Positions 18,222-27,869 of a stretch of DNA of 64,000 nt are shown in pieces. The stretch's first letter is position 1, and the number at the start of each line of letters is the position of its first letter. The notes under the pieces were generated by a model. It was given only the letters and a program-made list of their open reading frames with translations. It had not been told where the DNA came from and made no database searches. The translations under genes and the position numbers were made by a program. The stretch lies in contig JAVVEA010000007.1 of assembly GCA_032250835.1 (NCBI GenBank), forward strand, positions 80,487-144,486, given 5' to 3'. This DNA comes from a bacterium (GTDB lineage: Bacteria; SAR324; XYD2-FULL-50-16).

Positions 18222-19031
18222 ATGAAACCGGTCCGCCCGCCTGCGGTGGCAGGCAGTTTCTACCCCGCTGATCAACAAGAACTGGCCCAGCAGGTCCAGC
18301 ACTTCTTAGGCGCGCGCCGGGCCCAATCGACCCGGCGACCCAGGTTTTTGCTGGTGCCCCATGCGGGCTATCTCTACTCGGGCCAGGTGGCCGCTTCGGC
18401 CTTCAAGGAAGTATCGGGCACCTCTTTTGAGCGGGTTTTACTGCTAGGGCCTAGCCACCGGTACTATTTCGAAGGGGCAGCCGCCACCTTAGACCGGGTT
18501 TGGGAAACGCCGCTGGGCCAGGTGTCGATCAGCCGCCCCGGATACTGGGCGCTGAGCGAATCAAAATACCACGCCGCCGAGCACAGCCTAGAAGTGCAAC
18601 TACCCTTTATCCAGACAGTTTTACCCGATGCCCGGCTGATGCCCTTTTTGCTTTCTGGCCCCACCGAATTAGCCCCCCAACTAGCTGAAGCCCTGTTGCC
18701 GCTGATGGACGAGCGTACCTTGGTGGTGGTCAGTTCGGACTTCAATCATGTGGGGCCCAGCTTTAAGTTTTACGCTCACGAACAGGGCTTTGGGTCTGCC
18801 GAAGAAATGGACCGGGCCGCTATCGAAACCCTTAGCGCTGGCGACCGAGCCGGATTCACCGGCTATCTCAAACGCACCGAAGCCACCATCTGCGGTGCCC
18901 TACCCATTTTGACGGCTATGTGCCTGATGGAATCTTTGGGGCTGGGCCCTTGGACCTTTAAGGAATATGCCAACTCAGCCCAGGTTACTGCGGGCCCTAA
19001 CCAGGTGGGTTACGCCGCCTTTTATGCCTAA
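18222..19031 (+). CDS. amrB: AmmeMemoRadiSam system protein B (MEMO1 family)
   Basis: RPPAVAGSFYP, PHAGYLYSG, LLGPSH, EHSLEVQLPF, SSDFNH, TICG, VGYA. Confidence 0.92.
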   Translation: MKPVRPPAVAGSFYPADQQELAQQVQHFLGARRAQSTRRPRFLLVPHAGYLYSGQVAASAFKEVSGTSFERVLLLGPSHRYYFEGAAATLDRVWETPLGQVSISRPGYWALSESKYHAAEHSLEVQLPFIQTVLPDARLMPFLLSGPTELAPQLAEALLPLMDERTLVVVSSDFNHVGPSFKFYAHEQGFGSAEEMDRAAIETLSAGDRAGFTGYLKRTEATICGALPILTAMCLMESLGLGPWTFKEYANSAQVTAGPNQVGYAAFYA

Positions 19032-19037
19032 AGAAAT

Positions 19038-19541
19038 ATGGAAGATACTGTCGATCTCGAACGCCTTAAGGGCTTTTCGCTCTTCGCCGACCTCGCTGAA
19101 CAGCCCGAACGGTTGGCCGTGGTGTCCCAATACTTAGCACCCCGCCGCTTTTTGGCCGGAGAATACATATTCCACGAAGGGGATATGGGCGATGAGTTGT
19201 TTTTATTGGTCCAAGGCGCGGTGCGGGTCCTTAAGCTGACCAAACAAAAAGAAGAATACACCATCGTTGACCTACAGGCGAGTTATCAGGTTTTTTTTGG
19301 CGAGATCGCCCTGATGGACTCGGACAAGCGTTCGGCCAGTATTCAGGTCCTAGAAGACTGTCTGACTTATGTAATCAACCGAGATGCTTTTGTGGAACTG
19401 GGCAACAAACACCCGGAGATCGCCCTGCCGATCACCCGCGTGATCGCAGGCATCCTCTGTGGCCGTTTGCGCAACGTCAATAATGACGTGATCATGCTCT
19501 TTGATGCGTTGGTCAACGAGATTGAAACAACTCAGCTTTAA
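19038..19541 (+). CDS. Stand-alone cyclic-nucleotide-binding domain protein
   Basis: IFHEGDMGDELFLLVQGAV and FFGEIALMDSDKRSAS; no HTH. Confidence 0.9.
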   Translation: MEDTVDLERLKGFSLFADLAEQPERLAVVSQYLAPRRFLAGEYIFHEGDMGDELFLLVQGAVRVLKLTKQKEEYTIVDLQASYQVFFGEIALMDSDKRSASIQVLEDCLTYVINRDAFVELGNKHPEIALPITRVIAGILCGRLRNVNNDVIMLFDALVNEIETTQL

Positions 19542-19636
19542 AAAGCTGCCGGCTGGCAATTGTCGGACATCCTTCGGACCTGTATCCTCCTAGGAATCCC
19601 CTCAAAACCAACCTAGGTATTTGGAGAAAAGCTAAC

Positions 19637-20116
19637 ATGCTCAAGAAACTAATCATTGCTGTGGCCGCAGCCATCCTTGCAAGTTACGGCTTGGCCTATC
19701 TCATCTTACCGGAGCGCAACCCGACCGCCCGATACGAAGGTGTGATCCTTTCGGAATCTGCCGATAAAATCCTCAAACACGCCTGTTTTGATTGCCACAG
19801 CAACGAAACCCAGTGGCCCTGGTACACCCAGATTCCGCCGGTAAACATCTTATTGGCCTACAACGTTTCTCATGGCCGTGAGGAGTTAAACTTCTCGAAC
19901 TGGGACCAAATGGAGCAAAAGAAGCGCGCCAGGAAGATGGAAGAGGCCATCGAAGAGGCCGAAGAGGCTGAAATGCCCCCGCTGCCGTACACCTGGATGC
20001 ATGAAGGGGTTGTCTTAACCCACGACCAAATCGAAGAACTTGAAGCCGCCGAAAAGGTCCTCTTTGGAGTGCGCGAAGAGCACGAAGGGGACGAACACGA
20101 CCATGCCGACAAATAG
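19637..20116 (+). CDS. Haem-binding (c-type, Haem_bd-like) protein
   Basis: ACFDCHS, WPWY, LNFS, MPP axial Met; His/acidic tail. Confidence 0.85.
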   Translation: MLKKLIIAVAAAILASYGLAYLILPERNPTARYEGVILSESADKILKHACFDCHSNETQWPWYTQIPPVNILLAYNVSHGREELNFSNWDQMEQKKRARKMEEAIEEAEEAEMPPLPYTWMHEGVVLTHDQIEELEAAEKVLFGVREEHEGDEHDHADK

Positions 20117-20138
20117 CCGCTCCCTCGGCTTTGCCCTT

Positions 20139-21191
20139 CTAGCCGTTCCTTGCGGCTAGGAGCGGCCTGACCGCTGCTAATACTTGCTCCACTGAAATCC
20201 CTTTTAAACAGGCCAACTGTTCCTTATTGATGCAGCGCCCTTTACCGTTGCGACTACAGGGACGGCAAGAGAGCTCCCGCTCCATCACGCGGCTTTGGGG
20301 CAAAAAGGGCGCAAAGCCGAACTCAGTCGCCGTTGGGCCGAAGATTGCCACCACCGGGGTGCCCATGGCCTCGGCAAAATGCACCACCGTCGAATCATTA
20401 CTCACCGCCAGCCGGGCCCACCGTAAAAGTTCAGCGGAACCTAAAAAACTCAGCCTACCGGCCAAGTCAACCAGCCTTCCACCGCTCTGCTCGCTGATCC
20501 ATCGCGGTTCTTGGTCCGCTGCCCCACCGAGCAAAACCACCTGAACCCCCATTTGGTCCAAGGCCAAACCAAGGGCCAAAAAGGATTCCTTGGGCCAGCA
20601 TTTAAGCGCAAAGCTCGCCGAAGGCCCCAGGGCAACCAAGGGCTTGCCTTCGGCCTTCAGTTCCGCCAGGATGGTCTCGACCTCAGCACGTTCTTGGGGG
20701 CCTGGAAAAAGGGCCGTAGCGCCGTTTAAAGGACGCCCGCCCGCATATCGGGCCAAGAGCTTGAGGTATTCTAGCCGCTGGGGGGATGCTTCTTTAAATA
20801 AGTTGATCTTCAACGGCGAAAGCAGCAGGTTGCGCTTGAAACTGCGTTTATCCACGTGGTGGACCTTGACGCCCGATTTGCCGAGCCCTTTGCGTAGCAA
20901 TAACCGGCTACGTAGGCTACGGTGTAAATCAAAGGCTAGGTCGTAACCTTCGGCTTCGATGGCGGCGGCTTGAGCGTCTAATTCGGCGCTTCCGGCTTTG
21001 CGGTCAAAAGGAATCAGCCGGTCGATATGGGGGTTACCGGCGAAGATAGCAGCAAATTCACGCGAGGTGATCAAATGCAGTTCCGCATCCGGGAACAGTG
21101 CCTTGACCTCACGATAAAAAGGCGTGGTCAAGACCAAATCGCCGATTGAAGAGAAGCGGACAGCCAAGATTTTTTTTATCCCCAAAGGCAT
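20139..21191 (-). CDS. Glycosyltransferase family 9 (LPS heptosyltransferase-like)
   Basis: ILAVRFSSIGDLVL, KCWP, SNDSTVVHFA, IFGPT. Confidence 0.9.
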   Translation of the reverse strand: MPLGIKKILAVRFSSIGDLVLTTPFYREVKALFPDAELHLITSREFAAIFAGNPHIDRLIPFDRKAGSAELDAQAAAIEAEGYDLAFDLHRSLRSRLLLRKGLGKSGVKVHHVDKRSFKRNLLLSPLKINLFKEASPQRLEYLKLLARYAGGRPLNGATALFPGPQERAEVETILAELKAEGKPLVALGPSASFALKCWPKESFLALGLALDQMGVQVVLLGGAADQEPRWISEQSGGRLVDLAGRLSFLGSAELLRWARLAVSNDSTVVHFAEAMGTPVVAIFGPTATEFGFAPFLPQSRVMERELSCRPCSRNGKGRCINKEQLACLKGISVEQVLAAVRPLLAARNG

Positions 21192-22272
21192 GGAATCTAC
21201 TCTCTTTTTAAGAAGGATAACTAAGTCGCCCAAGAAGGTGCTGGTCCTGCGTACGGACCGGATCGGCGATTTCGTGTTGAGCTTGCCGGTTTTTGAAGTC
21301 TTAAGCAACCGCCTGGGCATGACCGTTGACGTACTCTGCCGCCCGGCGGTCCTCCCCCTTTTGGACCACAACCCCCACGTCCGGCTGGCCCATAGCTACA
21401 ACCAAGAGATCGAAAAGCACCTCTTGGAAAAGCTCAACCACGACTCTTTCGACGCCCTTTTGGTCTTAGTGAACGATGAGGTTGCCAGGCGCGCCATACC
21501 TCAACTAAGCCAGATCCCGATCCGCATCGGGCCCCTTTCAAAGCCCGGCATGTTGCGCTACTATACCCACCCGGCGATACAAAAGCGCAGCCGTTCGGTC
21601 CAAAGTGAAGCGTTGTACAATCTGGACCTAACCCGGGCTTTTGGCTGGGATGGCCAGTTACCGCCTAAGCCGCAGCTTTACTTCAACCCCGCCGAAGTGA
21701 GCGATTTTGCCGCTTTACTAACCCAAAAGCTACCGACCCTAGACCTCACCTCGGGTTATATCGTGGTGCACCCCGGCATGGCGGGTTCGGCGCTGAATTG
21801 GCCTTTGTCCCACTACGGCGAATTGTTGGCCCACTTAGCGGCCAAGCAGCAAGTGGTTTTGACCGGTGCCAGTTTGGCCGAAAGCGAAACCAACCAGCAG
21901 TTGATCGAGGCCTTACCTAGCGACCTAAAGAAAGGGGTCTTTAATGGCGCTCAAAAATTCAGTCTGCGCGAACTTGCCCTACTCTGCCGAGCGGCCCAGT
22001 GTTTTGTGGGACCCTCCACCGGCCCGACCCACTTGGCTGCCGCGGCGGGTGCTCCGGTGGTCAGTTTTTACCCGCCCATTCGGGTCCAGTCAAAAACCCG
22101 CTGGGCCCCCTTTATGGCCGAAGGCACCATCTTCGACCCCCAAGTTCTGTGCGGTGAAAAGTACCAATGCCGGGGCGTTGAATGTGAGCATTTCGACTGT
22201 ATGTCCCTGATCACAGCAGAACAGGTCTATACGGCAGTATTGGCCAACCAGCGTTGGGAGGCAAAGCCTTGA
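21190..22272 (+). CDS. Glycosyltransferase family 9 (start uncertain)
   Basis: VLVLRTDRIGDFVL, VHPG...NWP, GPSTGPTHLAAA. Confidence 0.88.
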   Translation: MESTLFLRRITKSPKKVLVLRTDRIGDFVLSLPVFEVLSNRLGMTVDVLCRPAVLPLLDHNPHVRLAHSYNQEIEKHLLEKLNHDSFDALLVLVNDEVARRAIPQLSQIPIRIGPLSKPGMLRYYTHPAIQKRSRSVQSEALYNLDLTRAFGWDGQLPPKPQLYFNPAEVSDFAALLTQKLPTLDLTSGYIVVHPGMAGSALNWPLSHYGELLAHLAAKQQVVLTGASLAESETNQQLIEALPSDLKKGVFNGAQKFSLRELALLCRAAQCFVGPSTGPTHLAAAAGAPVVSFYPPIRVQSKTRWAPFMAEGTIFDPQVLCGEKYQCRGVECEHFDCMSLITAEQVYTAVLANQRWEAKP

Positions 22273-23321
22273 GCCGACTTTTCCTCTACAACTATGACTT
22301 CGAATTTGAATTAGCCGGGCTGCCGCATGAGCCGGTCCAAGGCCGTAAGCCTTGGTACTTTTTAAACCGCCAAGCCCTGCTACTCTGGCCCTTGTTATCT
22401 GAAGGCGATGCCCTAGCGGTTTATCAGATCCCACCAGATGAAGTGACTGGCCCTTTGAAAGAGCGCCTGGGCTTTTTGCCTCAATGGGTCTTGGTGCAAG
22501 GCAAAGAAACCAACCGGATCGGCCTGGACCTCTTGGGCCAACAGGCGCAATTGGCCGAATTTGAGTTGATCCCCTGGGGTTGGAGCCCTAGCTTAGAGCA
22601 ACTAGCCGGTGCCCCGCCCAGCTTAATGGCGGCGCGCGGCAACAGCAAATTATTCGGCCACCAGCTCCGCCCGCCCGAATTTGCCCCCCAGGCGGCGATC
22701 ATCGACGAGGTGGACCTGCTAGAAGACATGCTCAACCAAGCCCGTGCCGACTGGGGCCCCCTGCTGGTCAAGCATCCCTGGGGCAGCAGTGGACGCCTGA
22801 GCGAACGCCTCGAAGGCCCTGCTAGTGCCAAGCAGTTGGAGCGATGGGCGCTGTGGATCAACGAATGCGGCGGCTTGCTGGTGGAAAAGCGGATGGAGCT
22901 GAGCGCCGAATGGAGCCTGCAATATGACTTGGCCCCAACCGGCCCCCGGTTGATCGGCGTTACCCGGCTCTATACGGACAGTAACGGGGCCCACCGGGCC
23001 AACGCCTTGGGCCAACAGCCCAGTGAAGCCATCAAGCCGATGTTGAGCGGGGCCGAAGCGATGGTGCGGATCTTCTGGTCTGAGGGTTTTAGGGGACCCT
23101 TGGGGCTTGATGTATTGGAATCGGCGGGGCGCTTTTTTCTAGGCGAAGTCAACCTGCGCCTAACCATGGGCCGGTTGGCTTTAGAATGGGGCCGGGCGCT
23201 AGGTATTGCGGGTCGATTGGAAGTGGGCAGTCAAGAAGGAAGCTCTGGAGCGCAGTTGATCAATCGGGTATCCACCCCAGATGGGTCGAAGATTTGGTGG
23301 ACCTATTTTTACCCCAATTAA
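22269..23321 (+). CDS. ATP-grasp fold protein
   Basis: LLVKHPWGSSGR, LLVEK, GPLGLD and EVNLRLTMG; TTG start overlaps the GT9 stop. Confidence 0.75.
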   Translation: MSRLFLYNYDFEFELAGLPHEPVQGRKPWYFLNRQALLLWPLLSEGDALAVYQIPPDEVTGPLKERLGFLPQWVLVQGKETNRIGLDLLGQQAQLAEFELIPWGWSPSLEQLAGAPPSLMAARGNSKLFGHQLRPPEFAPQAAIIDEVDLLEDMLNQARADWGPLLVKHPWGSSGRLSERLEGPASAKQLERWALWINECGGLLVEKRMELSAEWSLQYDLAPTGPRLIGVTRLYTDSNGAHRANALGQQPSEAIKPMLSGAEAMVRIFWSEGFRGPLGLDVLESAGRFFLGEVNLRLTMGRLALEWGRALGIAGRLEVGSQEGSSGAQLINRVSTPDGSKIWWTYFYPN

Positions 23322-23591
23322 GCGGCCTATCCGCCGTGGTATGGGGTTCAGAGGGACGCCCTTGACACTTAGCGGCATCTAGCTGTTTTCTTACTCTTTT
23401 CCCATCAAACGAGAGGCCATGGGGGGAGAGAAAGTAATGCCATTTTTGACCGAAAAAAATCTGTACGAACCGACTAAGGTGATCCATAATCCTAGTCCAC
23501 CCACCGCCCTTGGGTGTGCCAAGTCCTTGATTTGAATAGGATTTTTGGAATGAAAACAGTCTTCTAAAACTTAAAGGCCTGAAACCACAAG

Positions 23592-26474
23592 ATGAACCAG
23601 CAGCACAAAGACCAAGACCTCAAAAGCCTCCGTTTCGAGCCCCACTTCTTCAAAGCCAGCGAAGAGATCAAAAACGTCTGGGCTACGGTAGAATGGGAAA
23701 AGCGCGAATCGCGTATCACTAGCGCTAAAGGCGGGACCATCTTTGAGATGCTCGACGTCGAAATCCCCAAGTCTTGGAGTCAGCTGGCCACCGACATCGT
23801 CTGTAGTAAATACTTCCGCAAAGCCGGAGTCCCCAATGACCGGGGCCACGAATACAGCGTAACCCAGCTAATCCACCGGGTGGCGCACACCATCGTCGAC
23901 CGTGGTCGCCAAGAAGGCTATTTCGCCTCCGATGCCGACGCCGAGGCCTTTGAGAACGACCTCAAGTGGTTGCTGTTGCACCAGTATGGGGCCTTCAACA
24001 GCCCCGTTTGGTTCAACGTGGGTCTGTTCCATGAATACAAAATCAAGGGCAACGGCGAAAACTACGCCAGCGTGGGTGAAGGGCACTACCACAAGATCGA
24101 CAACCAGTATGAGCGCCCCCAGGGCAGCGCCTGCTTCATCCAGAGCGTCGAAGACGACCTAGCCTCGATCTTCGAACTAGCCAGCAACGAAGCCCGCCTC
24201 TTTAAATACGGCAGCGGCACCGGTAGCAACATGAGCCGTCTGCGCGGCTGCAACGAAAAGCTTTCGGGCGGTGGGCAGTCTTCGGGCCTCTTAAGCTTTC
24301 TTAAGGTCTTAGACAGTGCCGCGGGCGCCATCAAGTCCGGCGGCACCACCCGCCGAGCGGCGGTGATGCGCTGCTTGGACGTAGACCACCCCGAGGTCTT
24401 GAACTTCATCGACTGGAAGGTCAAAGAAGAGCAAAAGGCTCAGGTCTTGATCAACGCAGGTTATGAGTCAGACTTCAACGGCGAGGCCTACGGCACCGTT
24501 GCCGGTCAAAACAGCAACAACTCGATCCGCCTCAGCGATGAGTTCATGAGAGCCGTCGAGACCGACGCCGAGTGGAAGCTGATCAACCGCACCGACGGCA
24601 GTGTTTACGAGACCCACAAAGCCCGCTACGTCTTCCAGAAAATCTGCGAAGCCGCTTGGCGCTGCGCCGATCCGGGCTTGCAGTACGACACCACCGTAAA
24701 CCACTGGCACACCTGCCCCAATACGGCTCCGATCCGCGCATCGAACCCCTGTAGCGAGTTCATGTTCATCGACGATTCGGCCTGTAACCTCTCGAGCTTA
24801 AACCTCGTTAAATTCTACCAAGACGGTGATTTTGACGTAGAAGGCTACGTTAAGGCCTGCCGTATCTTCTTGGTGGCCCAAGAGATCTTGGTGGACCTCT
24901 CTAGCTACCCGACCAAACGGATCGCCAAGAACAGCCACGATTTTCGCCCCTTAGGCCTCGGTTACGCCAACTTAGGCACCCTGTTGATGATGGCGGGTTG
25001 CCCCTATGACTCCGACGAGGGCCGCGCTATGGCCGGGTTGATCACCTCGATCATGACCGGAGCGGCCTACGAGATGAGCGCTGAAATGGCCAGTTCCATT
25101 GGCCCCTTCAATGGCTTTGCCGAGAACCGCGACCCTATGTTAAACGTGATGCGCCAGCACCGCGAGGCGGTGGACCACGACCAGTACGTCGTCGAAAACC
25201 ATCAGCTAATGATCAAACTCCACCAAGCCGCCGTGGGCGTTTGGGATCAAGTCATCACCAAAGGCCAGGAATTTGGCTTCCGCAACTCTCAGGTTAGTGT
25301 TTTGGCCCCTACGGGCACCATCGGCCTCTTGATGGATTGCGCCACCACGGGCGTAGAGCCCGCCTATAGTCTGGTGATGTGGAAAAAGCTAGCTGGCGGC
25401 GGGGTGATCCCCATGGTCAACCAGAGTGTCCCTAGCGTCTTAGGTCGGATGGGCTATAGTGACGAACAGATTGCCGAGATCAAAGAATATGTAGAGAAGA
25501 ACAGCAGCATTGAGGGCGCTCCGCACCTCAAGACCGAGCACCTGCCCATCTTCGATTGCGCCGTTTCCAGCGGTAAAGGCAAACGCACCATCTCGGCCTA
25601 TGGCCACGTCAAAATGATGGCGGCGGTCCAGCCCTTCTTGTCTGGTGCTATCAGCAAAACCATCAACATGCCCAACTCGGCTACGGTGGACCAGATCAAA
25701 GATGTCTACCTAGAGTCCTGGAAACTGGGCTTAAAGGCCGTGGCGATCTACCGCGACGGCTCTAAAGGCAGCCAACCGCTCAACACCAGCCCCGACAAAG
25801 AAGACCAGCAGAGCCAAGAGACCATCGACTACCTCAAGAAGGAGCTAAAATCCCTTGAGTCGCGGCTCGAAGAGAAGCGCGCCGTCAAAACCCTCGACTG
25901 GGGCAACAGCCGCAAGCTGCCCGATTACCGCACGGGCCGCACCTGGGAATTCAAAGTGGCGGGAACCAAAATCTTCCTGCGCAGCGGCGAAAACGCCGAT
26001 GGCAGCCTAGGCGAAATCTTCGTCGATTTGGGTTATAAAGAAGGCAGCACCGTTCGTTCCTTGATGAACCAGTTTGCTATCAGTATTTCCTTTAGCTTGC
26101 AGCACGGCGTCCCCTTAGAAAAGCTGGTGGACCGCTTTGCCTTCACCAAGTTTGAGCCCCATGGCCGGGTTGAAGGGCACCCTTACTTAAAAAACGCCAC
26201 CAGCTTGATCGACGCTATCTTTAGGGTCTTAGGCTATCAGTACTTGGGCCGCACCGACTTCTTACAAATCAAGCCGGGCGAAAACCTAGAAGAAAGCCAA
26301 AACTTGGTGGTTTCTAGCCAGCCCGTCAAAGTGAAGGCGCAGATTCAAGAAGAGAAAGCCGAGCGCACCCAGGACCACTTGATGCCCTGCTCAGAATGCG
26401 GCGGCATCGACTTCCTACGTACCGGCACCTGTTACGTCTGCATTACCTGCGGTTCTTCTCAGGGCTGTAGTTAA
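23592..26474 (+). CDS. nrdJ: Class II (adenosylcobalamin-dependent) ribonucleotide reductase
   Basis: FNSPVWFN, SACFI, SNPCSE, ACNL, APTGTI, SGAISKTIN, YRDG; C-terminal TSCPD-like domain and Cys cluster. Confidence 0.95.
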   Translation: MNQQHKDQDLKSLRFEPHFFKASEEIKNVWATVEWEKRESRITSAKGGTIFEMLDVEIPKSWSQLATDIVCSKYFRKAGVPNDRGHEYSVTQLIHRVAHTIVDRGRQEGYFASDADAEAFENDLKWLLLHQYGAFNSPVWFNVGLFHEYKIKGNGENYASVGEGHYHKIDNQYERPQGSACFIQSVEDDLASIFELASNEARLFKYGSGTGSNMSRLRGCNEKLSGGGQSSGLLSFLKVLDSAAGAIKSGGTTRRAAVMRCLDVDHPEVLNFIDWKVKEEQKAQVLINAGYESDFNGEAYGTVAGQNSNNSIRLSDEFMRAVETDAEWKLINRTDGSVYETHKARYVFQKICEAAWRCADPGLQYDTTVNHWHTCPNTAPIRASNPCSEFMFIDDSACNLSSLNLVKFYQDGDFDVEGYVKACRIFLVAQEILVDLSSYPTKRIAKNSHDFRPLGLGYANLGTLLMMAGCPYDSDEGRAMAGLITSIMTGAAYEMSAEMASSIGPFNGFAENRDPMLNVMRQHREAVDHDQYVVENHQLMIKLHQAAVGVWDQVITKGQEFGFRNSQVSVLAPTGTIGLLMDCATTGVEPAYSLVMWKKLAGGGVIPMVNQSVPSVLGRMGYSDEQIAEIKEYVEKNSSIEGAPHLKTEHLPIFDCAVSSGKGKRTISAYGHVKMMAAVQPFLSGAISKTINMPNSATVDQIKDVYLESWKLGLKAVAIYRDGSKGSQPLNTSPDKEDQQSQETIDYLKKELKSLESRLEEKRAVKTLDWGNSRKLPDYRTGRTWEFKVAGTKIFLRSGENADGSLGEIFVDLGYKEGSTVRSLMNQFAISISFSLQHGVPLEKLVDRFAFTKFEPHGRVEGHPYLKNATSLIDAIFRVLGYQYLGRTDFLQIKPGENLEESQNLVVSSQPVKVKAQIQEEKAERTQDHLMPCSECGGIDFLRTGTCYVCITCGSSQGCS

Positions 26475-26493
26475 TCGCGGAACCTTTCTCACC

Positions 26494-26523
26494 AAAAAAG
26501 GCGGGCTTCGGTCCGCCTTTTTT
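26494..26523 (+). terminator. Rho-independent terminator after nrdJ
   Basis: AAAAAAGGCGGGC-TTCG-GTCCGCCTTTTTT. Confidence 0.9.
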
Positions 26524-26547
26524 GTTTCTACCTTTGGAGATTAGACC

Positions 26548-26958
26548 ATGGAAACAAGCGCCTCCTTTCAGTTAGCTAGTTGGAACGAGCTGGCCTACCT
26601 CGAAGGCTTAGAACCCCAAATGACCCAGGCCGATGTGGGTTTTGTCTTTGACGGCGGCTTTAAAGGCGTGGGCCAAATCCGCTATTTGATGTGTTACCAG
26701 CACTTTGACGGGCAAAACCCCATCAACAGTGAAGCCCGCTATTCCGGTTTGGTCCGCTTCGAGGGGGAATTAGATGGCCAGCAGGGGAGCTTTGTGGCCG
26801 AAGACCGGGGCGTCTTTGGGGCGGGAACTGCCCGCTCAACCTTGACCATCATGCCCCAATCAGGGCGCGGCGAGTTGGCGGGAATCTCAGGCAGCGGCAG
26901 CTATGAAGCGGGCCACGGCGGTGGCCAGCTCCAGCTTTCTTACCAAATATCGGACTAA
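26548..26958 (+). CDS. DUF3224 family protein
   Basis: FQLASWNE, FEGELDGQQGSF, SGRGELAGISGSG. Confidence 0.8.
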   Translation: METSASFQLASWNELAYLEGLEPQMTQADVGFVFDGGFKGVGQIRYLMCYQHFDGQNPINSEARYSGLVRFEGELDGQQGSFVAEDRGVFGAGTARSTLTIMPQSGRGELAGISGSGSYEAGHGGGQLQLSYQISD

Positions 26959-27869
26959 AACAAGTACCAGCCGACCACCAGAACGGCGAAGCTGGCCAGT
27001 TTGATCCGGTCAACGCGGCGCATGCGGCGCAGATGCCAAGACAAAATGGCTAGGCCCATCATCAAAGAATCCGAAAAGGCCAAGCCCAAGGCGAGCATCA
27101 AGAAAAACCCAGCGTCCCAAAGGGCCCGTTGGTACCAGCGGGGGTTTAATTCTAACTGATGGGCCCAACGGCTCCAGGTTAGTTGAATGGTAGGTGCCAA
27201 CGCCGCCACCTCTTCGGCACTCAGGGCCCTTTGCCAGAGCCTGGGCGCTCCGATCAAGCCTTCAAAGGCCGTTTCCGGCTGGAATCCCCGGCCCAAAATG
27301 AGCCGCTCGGCGGCCGGTGCTGCTTTAGTCCGCGTACCATCCGGCAAGACTTCCTCCAAATCCAGATAAACCCGAAAGCCCTCACCCTGACGGATCAACA
27401 CCACCCAAACAGGCCGCCCCAAGCGGTGGTAGCCCGGCGGACGCCAAAAAACCTCACGATAACTGGAAAAATGCAGCCTGCCGGTGGCGCTATCGAGCCA
27501 AAGAGACACTAAAGTTTCTCCCTCCGCTTGGCCCATCCAAAATAGGTTGATCAAGTCATGGTTCGCCGGGCGTTCCAAGCTGGTCGGTGCGTACCAAAAG
27601 CTCAAGGTAAAGTCTCCGGCCGGTGCCGGTAACTCCAACCCGCCGTCTAGTTGGCCCGATAGGGCCCAAGCTTGGTCCAGATTTTTTGCGGGCTCCGCTG
27701 GGCTCTGCACCAAGACTTCCCCGCCTGCTTGAGGCAGCGGTGTCCGCTGGGCTGCGGCCTCGCCTAGCTTTTGTCCCGCCAGATACCGCCCGCCCCATTC
27801 AGGCCCCCAGAGGGCGACGGCCAAAGCCAACAGCGCCAAGACCCCAAAAATCGCCGCAGGGGCTTTCAT
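26955..27869 (-). CDS. Membrane protein with LamG/ConA-like jelly-roll domain
   Basis: FTLSFWY...VYLD...LILGR...FEGLI...WQRALSAEEV; ATGA overlap with the upstream gene. Confidence 0.65.
   Translation of the reverse strand: MKAPAAIFGVLALLALAVALWGPEWGGRYLAGQKLGEAAAQRTPLPQAGGEVLVQSPAEPAKNLDQAWALSGQLDGGLELPAPAGDFTLSFWYAPTSLERPANHDLINLFWMGQAEGETLVSLWLDSATGRLHFSSYREVFWRPPGYHRLGRPVWVVLIRQGEGFRVYLDLEEVLPDGTRTKAAPAAERLILGRGFQPETAFEGLIGAPRLWQRALSAEEVAALAPTIQLTWSRWAHQLELNPRWYQRALWDAGFFLMLALGLAFSDSLMMGLAILSWHLRRMRRVDRIKLASFAVLVVGWYLF

Noticed and set aside
23322-23591. Cobalamin riboswitch or NrdR boxes upstream of nrdJ
   Set aside because: No B12-box or convincing NrdR palindrome seen; a TTGACA at 23362 lacks a good -10.
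23592-26474. Intein or intron in nrdJ
   Set aside because: Continuous ORF of ordinary length with no splice or homing-endonuclease motifs.
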